From an uncultured Verrucomicrobiae bacterium (GTDB lineage Bacteria; Verrucomicrobiota; Verrucomicrobiia; Chthoniobacterales; Chthoniobacteraceae), in assembly GCA_963769025.1 (NCBI GenBank), contig CAVYKI010000004.1:32001-96000 (forward strand): DNA of 64,000 nucleotides. The letters are read 5' to 3'. How positions within the stretch are numbered: position 1 is the stretch's first letter; every line of letters begins with the position of its first letter. Positions 1-13,600 of this stretch are shown here, piece after piece. A program made the translations under genes and the position numbers. Below the pieces are notes generated by a model that searched no databases, was not told where the DNA came from, and saw only the letters and a list, made by a program, of their open reading frames with translations.

Positions 1-390
1 AGAAGGTGGATTTCCAGTCACCGTGGACCATCGAGGAATGGCTCTCCCGCAGCGACATCGTGGACAACGAGCAGCTCATGCTCGTCCGCGCCAACATGGA
101 GCCGGGCCGCATGCCATCCCTTCCACACGCATCCGACGCGCGAGGAACTCATCTACATCATCTCCGGCCGCGCCGAGCAATGGGTCGGGCGCGAACATCG
201 CACGCTCGGTCCCGGCGAGATGGCGTTCATCCCGATGGGCGAACCGCACGGCACCTACAATCCGTTCCGCGAGCGCCTCGTCTTCCTCGCGATCCTCTCG
301 CCGTCGAACGCCGCGGAGCCGGGCATCGTGGACGTATCCACCGAGGAGCCGTGGGCCTCGGTCCGCGCGGGCTTTCCGCCCTGCACGTAG
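1..390 (+). CDS. Cupin-domain protein, 5'-truncated by the window edge, with one apparent frameshift near nt 111
   Basis: Frame 3 KVDFQSPWTIEEWLS...ANMEPGR continues after a shift as HPFHTHPTREELIYIISGRAEQWVG...LGPGEMAFIPMGEPHGTYN (cupin motifs 1 and 2) to TAG at 388-390. Confidence 0.8.
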   Translation, partial: RRWISSHRGPSRNGSPAATSWTTSSSCSSAPTWSRAACHPFHTHPTREELIYIISGRAEQWVGREHRTLGPGEMAFIPMGEPHGTYNPFRERLVFLAILSPSNAAEPGIVDVSTEEPWASVRAGFPPCT

Positions 391-393
391 CCG

Positions 394-2370
394 CTACTCG
401 GGCGCGAGCACTTCGTCCCAGCTCTTCAGCCCGACGATGGGCAGGGCAAACCGGAATGCCTCCTCCTGCGCCGGCGTGCCCGCCGCCTTGAAGCACTCGT
501 AGATTGGGCGCTTCGTGTCCGGCGTCGCGATGCTGTCCGGTTTGCGGCGCCACAGTCCGAGGTTCAGCCCGCCTTCGTGTTGGTGATCCACGTGCCGGTG
601 CAAAATGAACGCTTCGATCTCCGGCAGGCGCGCGATCTTTTCCCACGCGTAGCAAAAGCCCGCGGCCTGCTCGAGGTCGCCGCGCTCCGTGCCGTTCGAG
701 TGAAATCCCTGCTCGCTCAAAATGATGCTGCGGCGCTGGCCGCGAAAGAGCAGTTCGGGCCGCCGGAAAAATGCGGCGAGCTGCTCGAGATTTTTGAACG
801 TGATCCGCTTTGCGTCGGGTGATTGCGGCGCGGTTTTGTCCAGCCATGTGCGCGGGTTCCCGAGGTTTTCGGGATATGGATGATGCGCGAGATGCCAGTC
901 GAAGTCGCCGCCCGTGCGCGCCACCCGCGCGAATTCCTCGATGAAGTAACGCCCCGGCATCGAGCGCCAGTGATCTGCATCGGGATCGATCGTCCAGAAA
1001 TGCGTGAGCGACATGTACACCCGCGCGCTGCTGCTCGCCCTGCGAATCGCGGTGTGCGCCAGCCTCACCTCGCGCTCGTATTCCGCGACCGCCGCGGAGC
1101 GCGGCATGCGCCCGAAATTGTGCCACTGCCAGTGCACGTTCACCTCGTTGCCGATGATGTAGCCGACGACACGTCCATGCTCGTCGTCCGCGCGCGAAAA
1201 CCAATCCGCGAGAAACTCGAACGCCGCGCGCCAGAGCCGCGCACCCTCGGGCGTCGAGAGATTCGGTGCGGCGATCCCGTTCTGCAGTTTCGTGTCGCGT
1301 CCTGGGTGCAGCATGCGTCCGTCGCGCTCGGCATTTTGCGAATGGATGCCCAGCATGATGAGATACACGTTCACGCCAGCGTCGCTGAGGCGCTTCACGC
1401 CGAGGCTGTCGAGGTAGCCGCGGCGGAATGCAAACGTCTCGCCGTCCACCTTCCACACCGGGCTGCCCGGCTTTTTCTCCCAGTCGAACAGCGCGCCCAC
1501 GCTCACATTCAGCGTCGCGTGCCGGATGCCAAGCGCGAGGGCGTCGTCCGCCATCTGCACTTGGATGCCTTTCTTGCTGCCGGGCTGTGGGAACGCCCGC
1601 GTGTCGCGCGAGATGGTGCCGAAGGCCTCCACGTAACGCGCCGCACCCACGGGCACGCGGCCAAGCACCCCGTGCGGTGTGAAAGCAACGAACCCGCTCG
1701 CGAGCCTGTCATGCTTCCTGTCAAAGCGGGGAAGGCTGACCTCATCCGTCGCGTCGCCCTTCCAAACCACCCGTGCAGCCGCTGCATCCGTGAAGGTCTG
1801 GTGAGGCTGGAGTTCCGCGATCTCCACCGGTCCGGACAGCCCGCGCAGCTTCAGCAGCAGCCGATCCCGCTCCGCGCGCACGGTTGCCACGCCGCGCGCG
1901 CCCGCTTCCTCGACAGCCGTTCGCGCAAGCACGCATTCGCCGGAAGTCGCGGGGAAATCCAGCCTCAGCCGCCAGCCCGCGCCCATCGGCGGCAGCGGCA
2001 CGCAGACGTGATTCCAGCCTTCTCGCATTTGGAAATGGACCGACTGCCTCTCGGTGTCCGGCCCATTGGAATAGAAAACCTGTCCCCAGCCTGCCACCGG
2101 ACTCCGAACCGTCGCTGTGAAGATCAACTGGCCCGTGCCGGAGTAATCCCCGCGGGGCCCGTGCATGAAGGGGTCCGCGCCGGAAATATTTACCACGAGC
2201 CCCTCGCGTGACGGCGTGAGCGCGCCGATGTCGTGCGCGGCGGTCCAGCCTTGCGCGTCCTTTTCATCGGTAAAATCGAATGCCGGAAGACCGGCAATCA
2301 CCTGCACCGGCAGGAATGCAAAAAGCAAAAACGTGATGAGCTGGAGCGGGTGCGCGACAGTCGGTTTCAT
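394..2370 (-). CDS. Secreted DUF5722-family protein (putative glycoside hydrolase-like TIM barrel) with an N-terminal accessory domain
   Basis: 658 aa ORF with signal peptide; SKKGIQV, IIGNEVN, AHHPYP and ILSEQGF motifs. Confidence 0.75.
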   Translation of the reverse strand: MKPTVAHPLQLITFLLFAFLPVQVIAGLPAFDFTDEKDAQGWTAAHDIGALTPSREGLVVNISGADPFMHGPRGDYSGTGQLIFTATVRSPVAGWGQVFYSNGPDTERQSVHFQMREGWNHVCVPLPPMGAGWRLRLDFPATSGECVLARTAVEEAGARGVATVRAERDRLLLKLRGLSGPVEIAELQPHQTFTDAAAARVVWKGDATDEVSLPRFDRKHDRLASGFVAFTPHGVLGRVPVGAARYVEAFGTISRDTRAFPQPGSKKGIQVQMADDALALGIRHATLNVSVGALFDWEKKPGSPVWKVDGETFAFRRGYLDSLGVKRLSDAGVNVYLIMLGIHSQNAERDGRMLHPGRDTKLQNGIAAPNLSTPEGARLWRAAFEFLADWFSRADDEHGRVVGYIIGNEVNVHWQWHNFGRMPRSAAVAEYEREVRLAHTAIRRASSSARVYMSLTHFWTIDPDADHWRSMPGRYFIEEFARVARTGGDFDWHLAHHPYPENLGNPRTWLDKTAPQSPDAKRITFKNLEQLAAFFRRPELLFRGQRRSIILSEQGFHSNGTERGDLEQAAGFCYAWEKIARLPEIEAFILHRHVDHQHEGGLNLGLWRRKPDSIATPDTKRPIYECFKAAGTPAQEEAFRFALPIVGLKSWDEVLAPE

Positions 2371-2474
2371 TCGCCGGCATTTCGCAGGGCTCGGTGTCGT
2401 CCGTCAAAGGCGGACCGCGCAAACTTTCCCTCGACACCCTCTGTCGTGCGAAGCAACTTTCCGCCGCTTTATGT

Positions 2475-2551
2475 GCAGCCGTAGCTCAACTGGATAGAGC
2501 GTCGGTCTCCGAAGCCGAAGGTTGTGGGTTCGACCCCCGCCGGCTGCACCA
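2475..2551 (+). tRNA. tRNA-Arg (anticodon CCG)
   Basis: GCAGCCG/CGGCTGC acceptor stem, D arm TAGCTCAACTGGATAGAGC, anticodon arm TCGGT-CTCCGAA-GCCGA, T loop TTCGACC, encoded CCA; 77 nt. Confidence 0.96.
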
Positions 2552-2572
2552 GCTTACTCCCGGTCGAGTCCG

Positions 2573-3689
2573 TTACTTGCCGAGTCCGAGTTCCGAGGTG
2601 CGGTGGAGTGTCAGGCCGTGGGCCTCGGCGACTCCGGAATGGGTGACTTTGCCGTCGAAGACATTCAGCCCGCCGAGGAGGGTCGGATCCTTTTTAAACG
2701 CACCGGGGATGCCGTTGTCGGCGAGGGTTTCGATGTGACGGTAGGTGACGTTGGTGAGCGCCTGCGTGGCGGTGCGCGCGTAGGCGGCGGGCATGTTGGC
2801 GACGCAGTAGTGCGTGACATCTTCATCGACGAAAACGGGATCGAGATGCGTGGTCGGGCGCGAGGTTTCCGCGCAGCCGCCCTGGTCGATCGCGATGTCC
2901 ACGAAGACGCTGCCGGGTTTCATGACGCGCATCATTTCGCGGTTGATGAGCTTCGGCGCCCGCGCGCCGGGCACGAGCACGGCGCCGATGAGCAGGTCCA
3001 CCTCGGGGAGCATTTCGAGGATGTGCGCGGGGCTCGAGTAGAGCGTGTGCGCGGTGTGGAGCGTGATGTCGAGGAAGCGCATGCGCTCGAGATCCACGTC
3101 GAGAATCGTCACGTCCGCGCCGAGTCCCTGCGCCATGCGCGCGGCGTTCACGCCCGCGGTGCCGCCGCCGATGACGACGACCTTTCCCGGCAGCACTCCG
3201 GGCACGCCGCCGAGCAGCACGCCGCAGCCGCCGGTGTGCTTTTGCAGAAAATATCCGCCGACGAGCACGCTCATGCGGCCGGCGATTTCGCTCATGGGCT
3301 CGAGGAGCGGGAGGCGGCGGTTCACCTCGACGGTTTCGTACGCGATGCCGGTGATTTTCGAGGCGAGCAGCGCCTCGGTGAGCGGCTTGCTCGCGGCGAG
3401 GTGGAGGTAGGTGAAAAGGATCTGCCCGGGGCGCAGCAGCGGCCATTCGTCCTTGAGCGGCTCCTTCACCTTCACGATGAGGTCCGCGCGCTCGAAGACC
3501 TCCGCGTGCTTCGCGACGAGCTCCGCGCCGGCGCTGGCGTACTGTTCGTCCGGAAAACCCGAGCCGGCGCCGGCGCCTGCCTCGACGATGACCTTGTGTC
3601 CCGCGGCCCGCGAGCTGGTAGGCGGCGCTCGGGAGGAGGGCGACGCGATTTTCCTGCGCTTTGATTTCCTTGGGGACGCCGATGTTCAT
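2573..3689 (-). CDS. ald: Alanine dehydrogenase (frameshift near nt 3600)
   Basis: N-terminus MNIGVPKEIKAQENRVAL, then VKVKEP, FTYLHLA, PLLEPMSEIAGR, GGGTAG, DIAIDQGGC, HYCVANMP across two ORFs. Confidence 0.93.
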
Positions 3690-3778
3690 CCGAGAAGTTT
3701 ACCACGGCGGCGCGCCCGCTGCGAGAGTTGCATGAGTGCAGCGCTGGCAAAGTGCGCGGATCGGGTGAATATGGGTGG

Positions 3779-6272
<2,494 letters not shown>

Positions 6273-6289
6273 GCGGGAACTCCCAGCGC

Positions 6290-6559
6290 CGAGTTGCCGT
6301 CGGATACGACGCGACGATGCGCACCCGTGCTTCTGCGGTGCGCAGGTTTGCGAGTTGCAGGACTTTGTCGCGGGACGTTTCCCCGGAAATGAGCGCGATG
6401 GCGCTATGGCGGTTTTTTTAGCGACAAATTCCAGCAGCGCCTCGTTTGCCTTTCCCTCCACCGCGGGTGCGGCGACCTTGATTTTCACTGCGTCACGGTG
6501 TTCGCCGACCACCTCGTTGCGCTTCGCATTCGGTGATGCGGAGCTTCAGCCGGCTTCAC
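6290..6559 (-). CDS. DUF167 (YggU/UPF0235) family protein, frameshifted; 3' end approximate
   Basis: Joined frames give LKLRI-PNAKRNEVVG...VKIKVAAPAVEGKANEALLEFVA...ISGETSRDK. Confidence 0.75.
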
Positions 6560-6561
6560 GC

Positions 6562-7237
6562 TCAGGGCTTCACGTAAACGCCGATGAGCGGACGTTTGGA
6601 AGGCTTTAGCGTGGTGAAGTCGCTGACGAAACCGGTCTTTGTCCGAAACTCGACGTGTCCGGCACCTTTTCCGCCATAGACGAGCACGCTGCCGAGCGGC
6701 GCCTTGAACGGGTCGCTGCAGGAAATCTTCCGGAAACCGTAATCGTTGGTCAAGTTCGGCCGCGGCTTCCTTGGCGTAACCGGTCTTGGGCCGGGAGTCC
6801 ACGACACCGGCGTCGAGCAATGCGTTCTTCACGTAGCGCCAGCAGGTGCCGCGGGAGTGGGCAAAGGCGCGCGCCGAGGCGATTTCCGCAGCGCGGAGCA
6901 TGCGGCTGTCGTAATTGCGAGTGGATGCGAGCGAACCGAAGAAGGAGAGGCTGCGCGATGGCGGCGCGACCGCTTCGCTCTTCTTGTAAAGGGATTCGAC
7001 CGGCTGAAGCTTTGCGATGTCGATCTTCTTCGGCGGAGTCTTCGCGTAGGACGTTTTCGATGCGGTGCGGGTGCTCGCCGTCTTTTGTGGTTGGGGCGTT
7101 TTCTTCGACGAGCTCGAGGTGGAGCTCTTCTTGCTCTTGCTTGGCGCGGTGGCTGCTTCCACCTGAGCAGCCTGAAGGACCAGTGCGGCTGCGGCTGCGA
7201 CAACGAAGAGTCTGATATGGCGGAATAAACGCATCAA
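6562..7237 (-). CDS. Secreted protein with K/S/T-rich linker and C-terminal Cys/His (CHAP/NlpC-P60-like) domain; frameshift near nt 6755
   Basis: Signal peptide, low-complexity linker, RGTCWRYVKNAL and GSVLVYGG-GAGHVEFRT in ORFs 6485-7237 and 6562-6807. Confidence 0.6.
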
Positions 7238-7349
7238 AAGGGCAATTTCGAGGCCGGAGGCTAGCGTTCTGGTTCAGGTCGTCAAAGCATTTGATCGGCC
7301 TTGCGGAAAATTGTTCCCGCCCCCATATCCGCACCGCTACGGTCCGCGC

Positions 7350-9432
7350 GTGCAATTGGAGACCCCATTGGCCGAACTTGAAGTGGTGCCGCCGAACCGT
7401 GCGCGCCAGCTCGAGCGTTTCGGCCTGTCGACGGTGGGCGCGCTGCTCATGCACTTTCCACGGCGCTACGAGGATCGCACGCAGTTCGACCGTTTCCCCG
7501 CCGAGACCGGCGACCGCGCGGTGTGCGTGTGCGGCATTGTGAAAAAGGCGACGCTGCGGCGGATCCGCGGCGGGCAGCGGATGTTCGACGTCTTGCTGGA
7601 GGAGGAAAACGCGGGTGCGTTCGGCGGGCGGCTCGTGTGCCGGTGGTTCAATTCGCCGTGGGTGGAGAAAATGATCGCGCAGGGGCACACGCTCGTCGTC
7701 CACGGGCGGCCGAAGCTCTCCGGCTCGAATGTCGTCATCGCGCATCCGGAGTTCGAAGTCGTCGAGGACGACGCGGAGCAGAGCATCCATCTCAAGCGCA
7801 TCGTGCCGATCCATCGCCGCGACGGAGGGGCTTTCGCCGCGACTGCTGCGGCGGATCATCTGGGACGTGCTGGAGCGGCTGGAGGACGATGTCGTGGAGC
7901 AGCTGGTCCCGCCTGCGCTCGACCGGATGCCGCGCGCGTGGGCGCTCCGGCAGATGCATTTTCCAAAATCGTGGGAGGATCTCGCCAAGGCGCGGAAGCA
8001 TCTCGTGCTGGAGGAATTTCTCGCGATGCAGCTCGCCGTGAGCGCGAAGCGCGCGGAGCTGAAGTCCGAGCGCGGCGAGCCGCACTGCGGGCCGGGTGAA
8101 CTCATGCGCCGCCTGCACGGTTCGCTGCCGTTTCCGCTCACCGGGGCGCAGCAGCGGGCCATCGCGGAGGTCCGCGACGATCTCGCGTCGGCGCGCCCGA
8201 TGAACCGCCTGCTCCACGGCGACGTCGGCTCCGGCAAGACGCTCGTGGCGATGAGCGCGATGCTGCTGTGCGTGGAGGCAGGCTTCCAGGCCGCGCTGAT
8301 GGCGCCGACGCAGATCCTCGCCGAGCAGCATTACCTCAATTTCCGCCGCCTGCTCGAACCGCTCGGCATCCGCGTCTCGCTGCGCACCGGCGCGCGGCGG
8401 GAGGACTCGGCGGACATGCCGCTGTTTTCGCCTCAAGGCGAAGGCGACGATTCACAGCCGCAGATTTTCGTCGGCACCCACGCGCTTCTGTATGAAGGCG
8501 CGGGGTTTTCGCGGCTCGGGCTGGTGGTGATCGACGAGCAGCACAAGTTCGGCGTCATGCAGCGCGCGCGGCTGCGCGATCAAGGCGACGGTGCCCGATG
8601 TGCTCGTGATGACCGCGACGCCGATCCCGCGCACGCTGACGATGACGCTTTACGGCGACCTCGATGTCTCCACGCTCGATGAAATGCCCGCCGGGCGCGG
8701 ACGCATCGTCACCGTCGTGCGCGTCCGCGGAAAAGCTGCCGGACGCGGTGAAATTCATCCGCGAGCAGCTCGACGAGGGACGGCAGGCGTACATCGTCTA
8801 TCCGCTCGTCGAGGAAAGCGAACGGCTGGAGGCCAAGGCGGCGACGGCGGAGTTTGCGAAATGGCGCGAACTGCTCGCGCCGATGCAGTGCGAGCCTGCT
8901 CCACGGGCGCGTGCCGCCGGAGGAAAAGGACGCCATGATGGCAGCGATTCCGCCGCGGCGAGACGAAGGCGCTCATCGCCACCACGGTGATCGAGGTCGG
9001 CATCGATGTGCCGAATGCGAACATCATGCTCATTGAGAACGCCGAGCGCTTCGGCCTCGCGCAGATCCACCAGCTCCGCGGGCGCATCGGCCGTGGCGCG
9101 CACAAGAGCTACTGCGTCCTCCTCACGCACCGGCAGACGATGCCGAGGCGCTCGAAAAGCTCCGCATTCTCGAGAAGACCGGCGACGGCTTCGAGATCGC
9201 CGAGGCCGACCTGCGGCTGCGCGGCCCGGGCGATCTGCTCGGCACGGCGCAGAGCGGGCTCGCGCCGCTGCGGCTCGGCGACCTCTTTGCCGACGCGGAC
9301 CTGATGAAGCTCGCCCGCAATCACGCCTTCCTCATCTTTGAGCGCGACCCGAAGCTCGAACTCCCCGAGAATGCCGGCTGCCGGACATTGCTCGCCGAAA
9401 ACCGCCGCGCCATCCTCTCCCAAGTCAGCTGA
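7350..9432 (+). CDS. recG: ATP-dependent DNA helicase RecG (several apparent indels)
   Basis: [94 protein letters not shown] at 9430-9432. Confidence 0.95.
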
Positions 9433-9434
9433 CC

Positions 9435-10586
9435 ATGCTCGATCCCCGCCGCCTTCTCCTGCTCCTCGTCATCGGCATTCTCGCCGGCTACGCGTGGTGG
9501 CGCTACGACCACCGCGACACACGGTACGTGAAGGAAAAATTCACGCCGGTGACCAAGCCGAAGCTCAGCCTCGACGACGTGAAGGTGCTCGCCGCGATCG
9601 ACGCGGAATACACGAAGCTCGTGCAGTCCGTCGTGCCGGGCGTGGTGAGCATCACGAGTTCGCGCACCGTCACGCAGCTCGCGCCGCTCACCATCGAGGA
9701 TCTGCTCATTGGCCGCCAGCGTTCGCAGCGCGCGAAGAGCACCTCGCTCGGCAGCGGCGTGATCGTCTCGAAGGAAGGCCACATTCTCACGAATCACCAC
9801 GTCATCGCCGGAATGACGGAGATCCGCGTGCAGCTCACCGACGGGCGCAATTTTCCCGCCGCGTTCATCGGCAGCGATCCGGCGACGGACATCGCGGTGC
9901 TTCGCATCGAGGCGGCAAAGATCGAGCCGCTGCCGCTCGGCGACAGCGATCAGCTGCGCGTGGGGCAGCAGATTTTCGCCGTGGGAAATCCGTATGGACT
10001 CGAGGAAAGCGTCACGCGCGGCATCATCAGCGCGAAGGGCCGCCAGACCGCGAGCGACATCTCGATCGAATACATCCAGCACGACGCCGCGGTGAACGAG
10101 GGGAACTCCGGCGGCCCGCTGCTCAACGTGCACGGCGAGATCGTCGGCATCAATTCCGCCATCTTCAGCCGGACCGGTGGATGGCAGGGAATCAGTTTCG
10201 CCATCCCGGTGAACTCCGCGCGCCGGGTGCTCGAAGCGATCATCAACCGCGGGCGCATGGTGCGCAGCTATCTCGGCGTGGTGATGCAGGAGATCACGCC
10301 GGCGCTCGCGCATAATTTCGGACTCGAGGACATGGATGGCGCGATCATCACCGAAGTGTCACCGGAGACGCCGGCTGCGCGTTCCGGACTGCGGCCTGGC
10401 GACGTGGTGCGCACCATCGACGGCAAGCGGGTGAAAGGCGTGCAGCAGTTGCGCCAGATCATCGTCAGCACCGATGTCGGCAAGGAATTGGAAATCGGTT
10501 TCATCCGCGGCGGAACTGAAATGACGACGAAGGCGAAGGTCGCCGAAATGCCTCCGGAAGTGAATCTCATGACCCCCGGCCGCTGA
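9435..10586 (+). CDS. HtrA/DegP-family serine protease with one PDZ domain
   Basis: GSGVIVS, TNHHV, DIAVL, GNSGGPL triad motifs; C-terminal PDZ; N-terminal membrane anchor. Confidence 0.93.
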   Translation: MLDPRRLLLLLVIGILAGYAWWRYDHRDTRYVKEKFTPVTKPKLSLDDVKVLAAIDAEYTKLVQSVVPGVVSITSSRTVTQLAPLTIEDLLIGRQRSQRAKSTSLGSGVIVSKEGHILTNHHVIAGMTEIRVQLTDGRNFPAAFIGSDPATDIAVLRIEAAKIEPLPLGDSDQLRVGQQIFAVGNPYGLEESVTRGIISAKGRQTASDISIEYIQHDAAVNEGNSGGPLLNVHGEIVGINSAIFSRTGGWQGISFAIPVNSARRVLEAIINRGRMVRSYLGVVMQEITPALAHNFGLEDMDGAIITEVSPETPAARSGLRPGDVVRTIDGKRVKGVQQLRQIIVSTDVGKELEIGFIRGGTEMTTKAKVAEMPPEVNLMTPGR

Positions 10587-10673
10587 CGATCCGCGATTCC
10601 GGATCACAATCGTTTTACAACCCCCCCAGAAAATCCTGACAACCCCCGTCGCCTCCCGGCGAGACTCCCCACC

Positions 10674-13600
10674 ATGAAAGCGATCCGCACCATCCCGATT
10701 CTCCTCTCCTTTTTCCTCCTCTCGCTCTCGGTCCACGGTGCGGGAAAACGCGATGCGCAATGGAAGGAGGTCCAGGTCGCCGAGAACCAGGGACTGCCGA
10801 AGACGGCCATCGAGAAGCTCGGGCCGATCATCGATGCCGCGGTGAGCGAGAAGGCGTGGCCGGAGGCGATCAAGGCGATCGCGCGGAAGATCGCGTTCGA
10901 GGGGCAGATCGAGGGGAACAAGGCGGAGGAAAAAATCACGCGGATGGAGGCGGAGATCGCGAAGGCGCCGAAGGAAATGGTGCCGGTGATGGACGCGATT
11001 CTCGCCAACTGGTATTGGCATTACTTCCAGCAGAACCGCTACCGTTTCCTGCGCCGGACGGCGACGGCGGAGGCGCCGGGCAAGGATATCACGACTTGGG
11101 ATCTGCCGCGGCTCTTTGCGGAGATCGACAAGCAGTTCACCAAGGCGCTCGCGGCGGCGGATGAGCTGAAGAAAATCCCGGTGGCAGACTACGACGAACT
11201 GCTGCTGAAAGGCACGGTGCCGGACAGCTACCGGCCGACGCTGTACGATTTCATCGCGCACGAGGCGCTGACGTTTTACGCGTCCGGAGAGCAGGCGGCG
11301 TCGAAGGCGGAGGACTCCTTCGAGCTTGCGGCGGAGGGCCCGATCTTTGCGACGGCGGAGGAGTTTCTGAAATGGGAGCCTGCGGCGACGGACACGGACT
11401 CGATCACGCTGAAAGCGGTGAAGCTTTTTCAGGACCTGATGCGCTTCCACGCGGAGGATGCGGACAAGTCGGCGCTTCTGCATGCGGATCTGTCGCGGCT
11501 GATTTTCGGGAATAACCGGGCCTTCGGCGAGGAGAAGGCGACGCGCTACAAGGCGCGCGCTGAAGCATTTCGTCGATCAATGGGCGGACCACGAGATTTC
11601 CGCATGGGCGCGCTTTGAATGGGCGCATGTGCTGCACAAGAGAACGAACTGGTGGAGGCGCACAAGATCGCGAAGCAGGGCGAGCAGACCTACCCGAACA
11701 GCATCGGCGGAAAGCTGTGCTTCAACCTCGTGAGCAGATCGAGGCGAAGTCCTCGCGGATCGAGACCGAGCGCGTGTGGAATGCGCCGCTGCCGACGATC
11801 GACGTGCATTACCGCAATCGTGACGGAGATCCATTTCCGCATCGTGCGGCAGGATTGGGCGGAGCGGATGAAACGCGGCAGCGATCGCCCGGAGTGGATG
11901 GAACAGAATGAGCGCAAGTCGCTGCTGGGGATGAAGCCCGAGCTGGAGTGGTCGGAGAAGCTGCCTGCGACGGACGATTTCCGCGAGCGTGTGGAGCAGC
12001 TGCCGGCGCCGAAGGATCTGAAGCCGGGCTACTACTTCCTCATCGCGAGCCACGACAAGGGATTCACGGACAGGAACAACGTCGTGTCCTTTTCAGACAT
12101 CTGGGTGAGCGACCTCGCGCTCGTGATGCGGTGGCATTACGGCGACGCAAAGCTCGGCGGATTCGTGCTCGATGCGCGCTCCGGCGATCCGATTCAGGGC
12201 GCGAACGTGCAATTCTGGCCGCGGAACAATCAGGGCAAGTATTTCGCAGGGGAAAAGACCACGACGGATGCGAATGGCGCTTCTCCGGCCAGCCGGGGCT
12301 GAACGGAGCGGTCTTGTGCACGTCGACTTTCAAGGAGCAGCGAACTCGCGACGGGGAACGACTATTCAAATCATCGGAACAACCCGAGGCCGGACGTATT
12401 GATGCAGACGATCTTTTTCACGGATCGCTCGCTGTACCGGCCGGGGCAGACGGTGCAGTACAAGGGCATCTGCATCCGCGGCGGATCGGGACAAGGACGA
12501 CTACAAGACCCTCGGCGGGCAGACGCTCACGGTGGTTTTTCAGGACGTGAACGGGAAGGAAATCGCGCGGCAGGCGCACCAGGCGAATGACTACGGATCG
12601 TTCAGCGGGAGCTTCACCGCGCCGCGCGACCGGCTCGCGGGGCGGATGATGATCCGGGTCGGCGGACGCGCCGGCGGGCGGTGCGTCGTTCAACGTCGAG
12701 GAATACAAGCGGCCGAAATTCCAGGTGACGCTCGATGCGCCGAAAGACCGCGGCGAAGCTCAATGCGAAGGTCGAGGTGAACGGCAAGGCGACATCGTAC
12801 ACCGGCGCGGCGATCGGCGGGGCGCAAGGTGCGCTACCGCGTCGTGCGCGAAGTGCGGTTTCCGATCTGGTGGGGCGCATGTTTTTGGTGGCGGCCCATG
12901 CCGTCGAGCCCGAGCCAGGAGATCGCGCACGGCACGGCGATGACGAAGGACGACGGCGCGTTTGCGATCGAGTTCACCGCGAAGCCCGATGCGTCGGTGT
13001 CTGGAAAAGGACGAGCCGACTTTCCAATACACGGTGTATGCCGACGTGACCGACACGACCGGCGAGACGCGCTCGGCGCAGCGCGCGGTGAATGTCGGCT
13101 ACACGGCGCTGCAAGGCATCGCTCGCCGCGGACGAGTGGCACACGGATGAGAAGGCGGTGGAGATCCGCATCGCGACCGAGAGCCTCGACGGCGAGGGCC
13201 GGAGCGCGAAGGGCGTGGTGAAGATTTACCATCTGCAAGCAGCCGGACAAAGTGATGCGTCCCTCACTGTCCGGCCCGAGGCCGATGCCGTATCGCGGGA
13301 AAGTCACGGTGGCGGCGGGGACAAGCCGAAGCCCGATCCGGCGAATCCGAATTCATGGGAACTCGGCAAGCTCGCGGCGGAGCGTGATTTTGCGACGGAC
13401 GGCGCAGGGAAGGGGATCGATTTCCGCAAAGCTCGCCGCCGGGCCTTACCGCGCGATGCTGGAGACGAAGGACGCCTTTGGCAAAAAGGTCACCGCGCAA
13501 GTGCAGCTCCACGTGCTGAAGCTCGACAACAAGAGCCTCGCCGTGAAAATCCCGAACCTCGTCGCCGCGCCGAAGTGGACGCTGGAGCCGGGCGACGGAA

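Noticed and set aside
2475..2551. tRNA as an integration site for a genomic island
   Set aside because: No integrase and no second copy of the tRNA 3' end seen in the window
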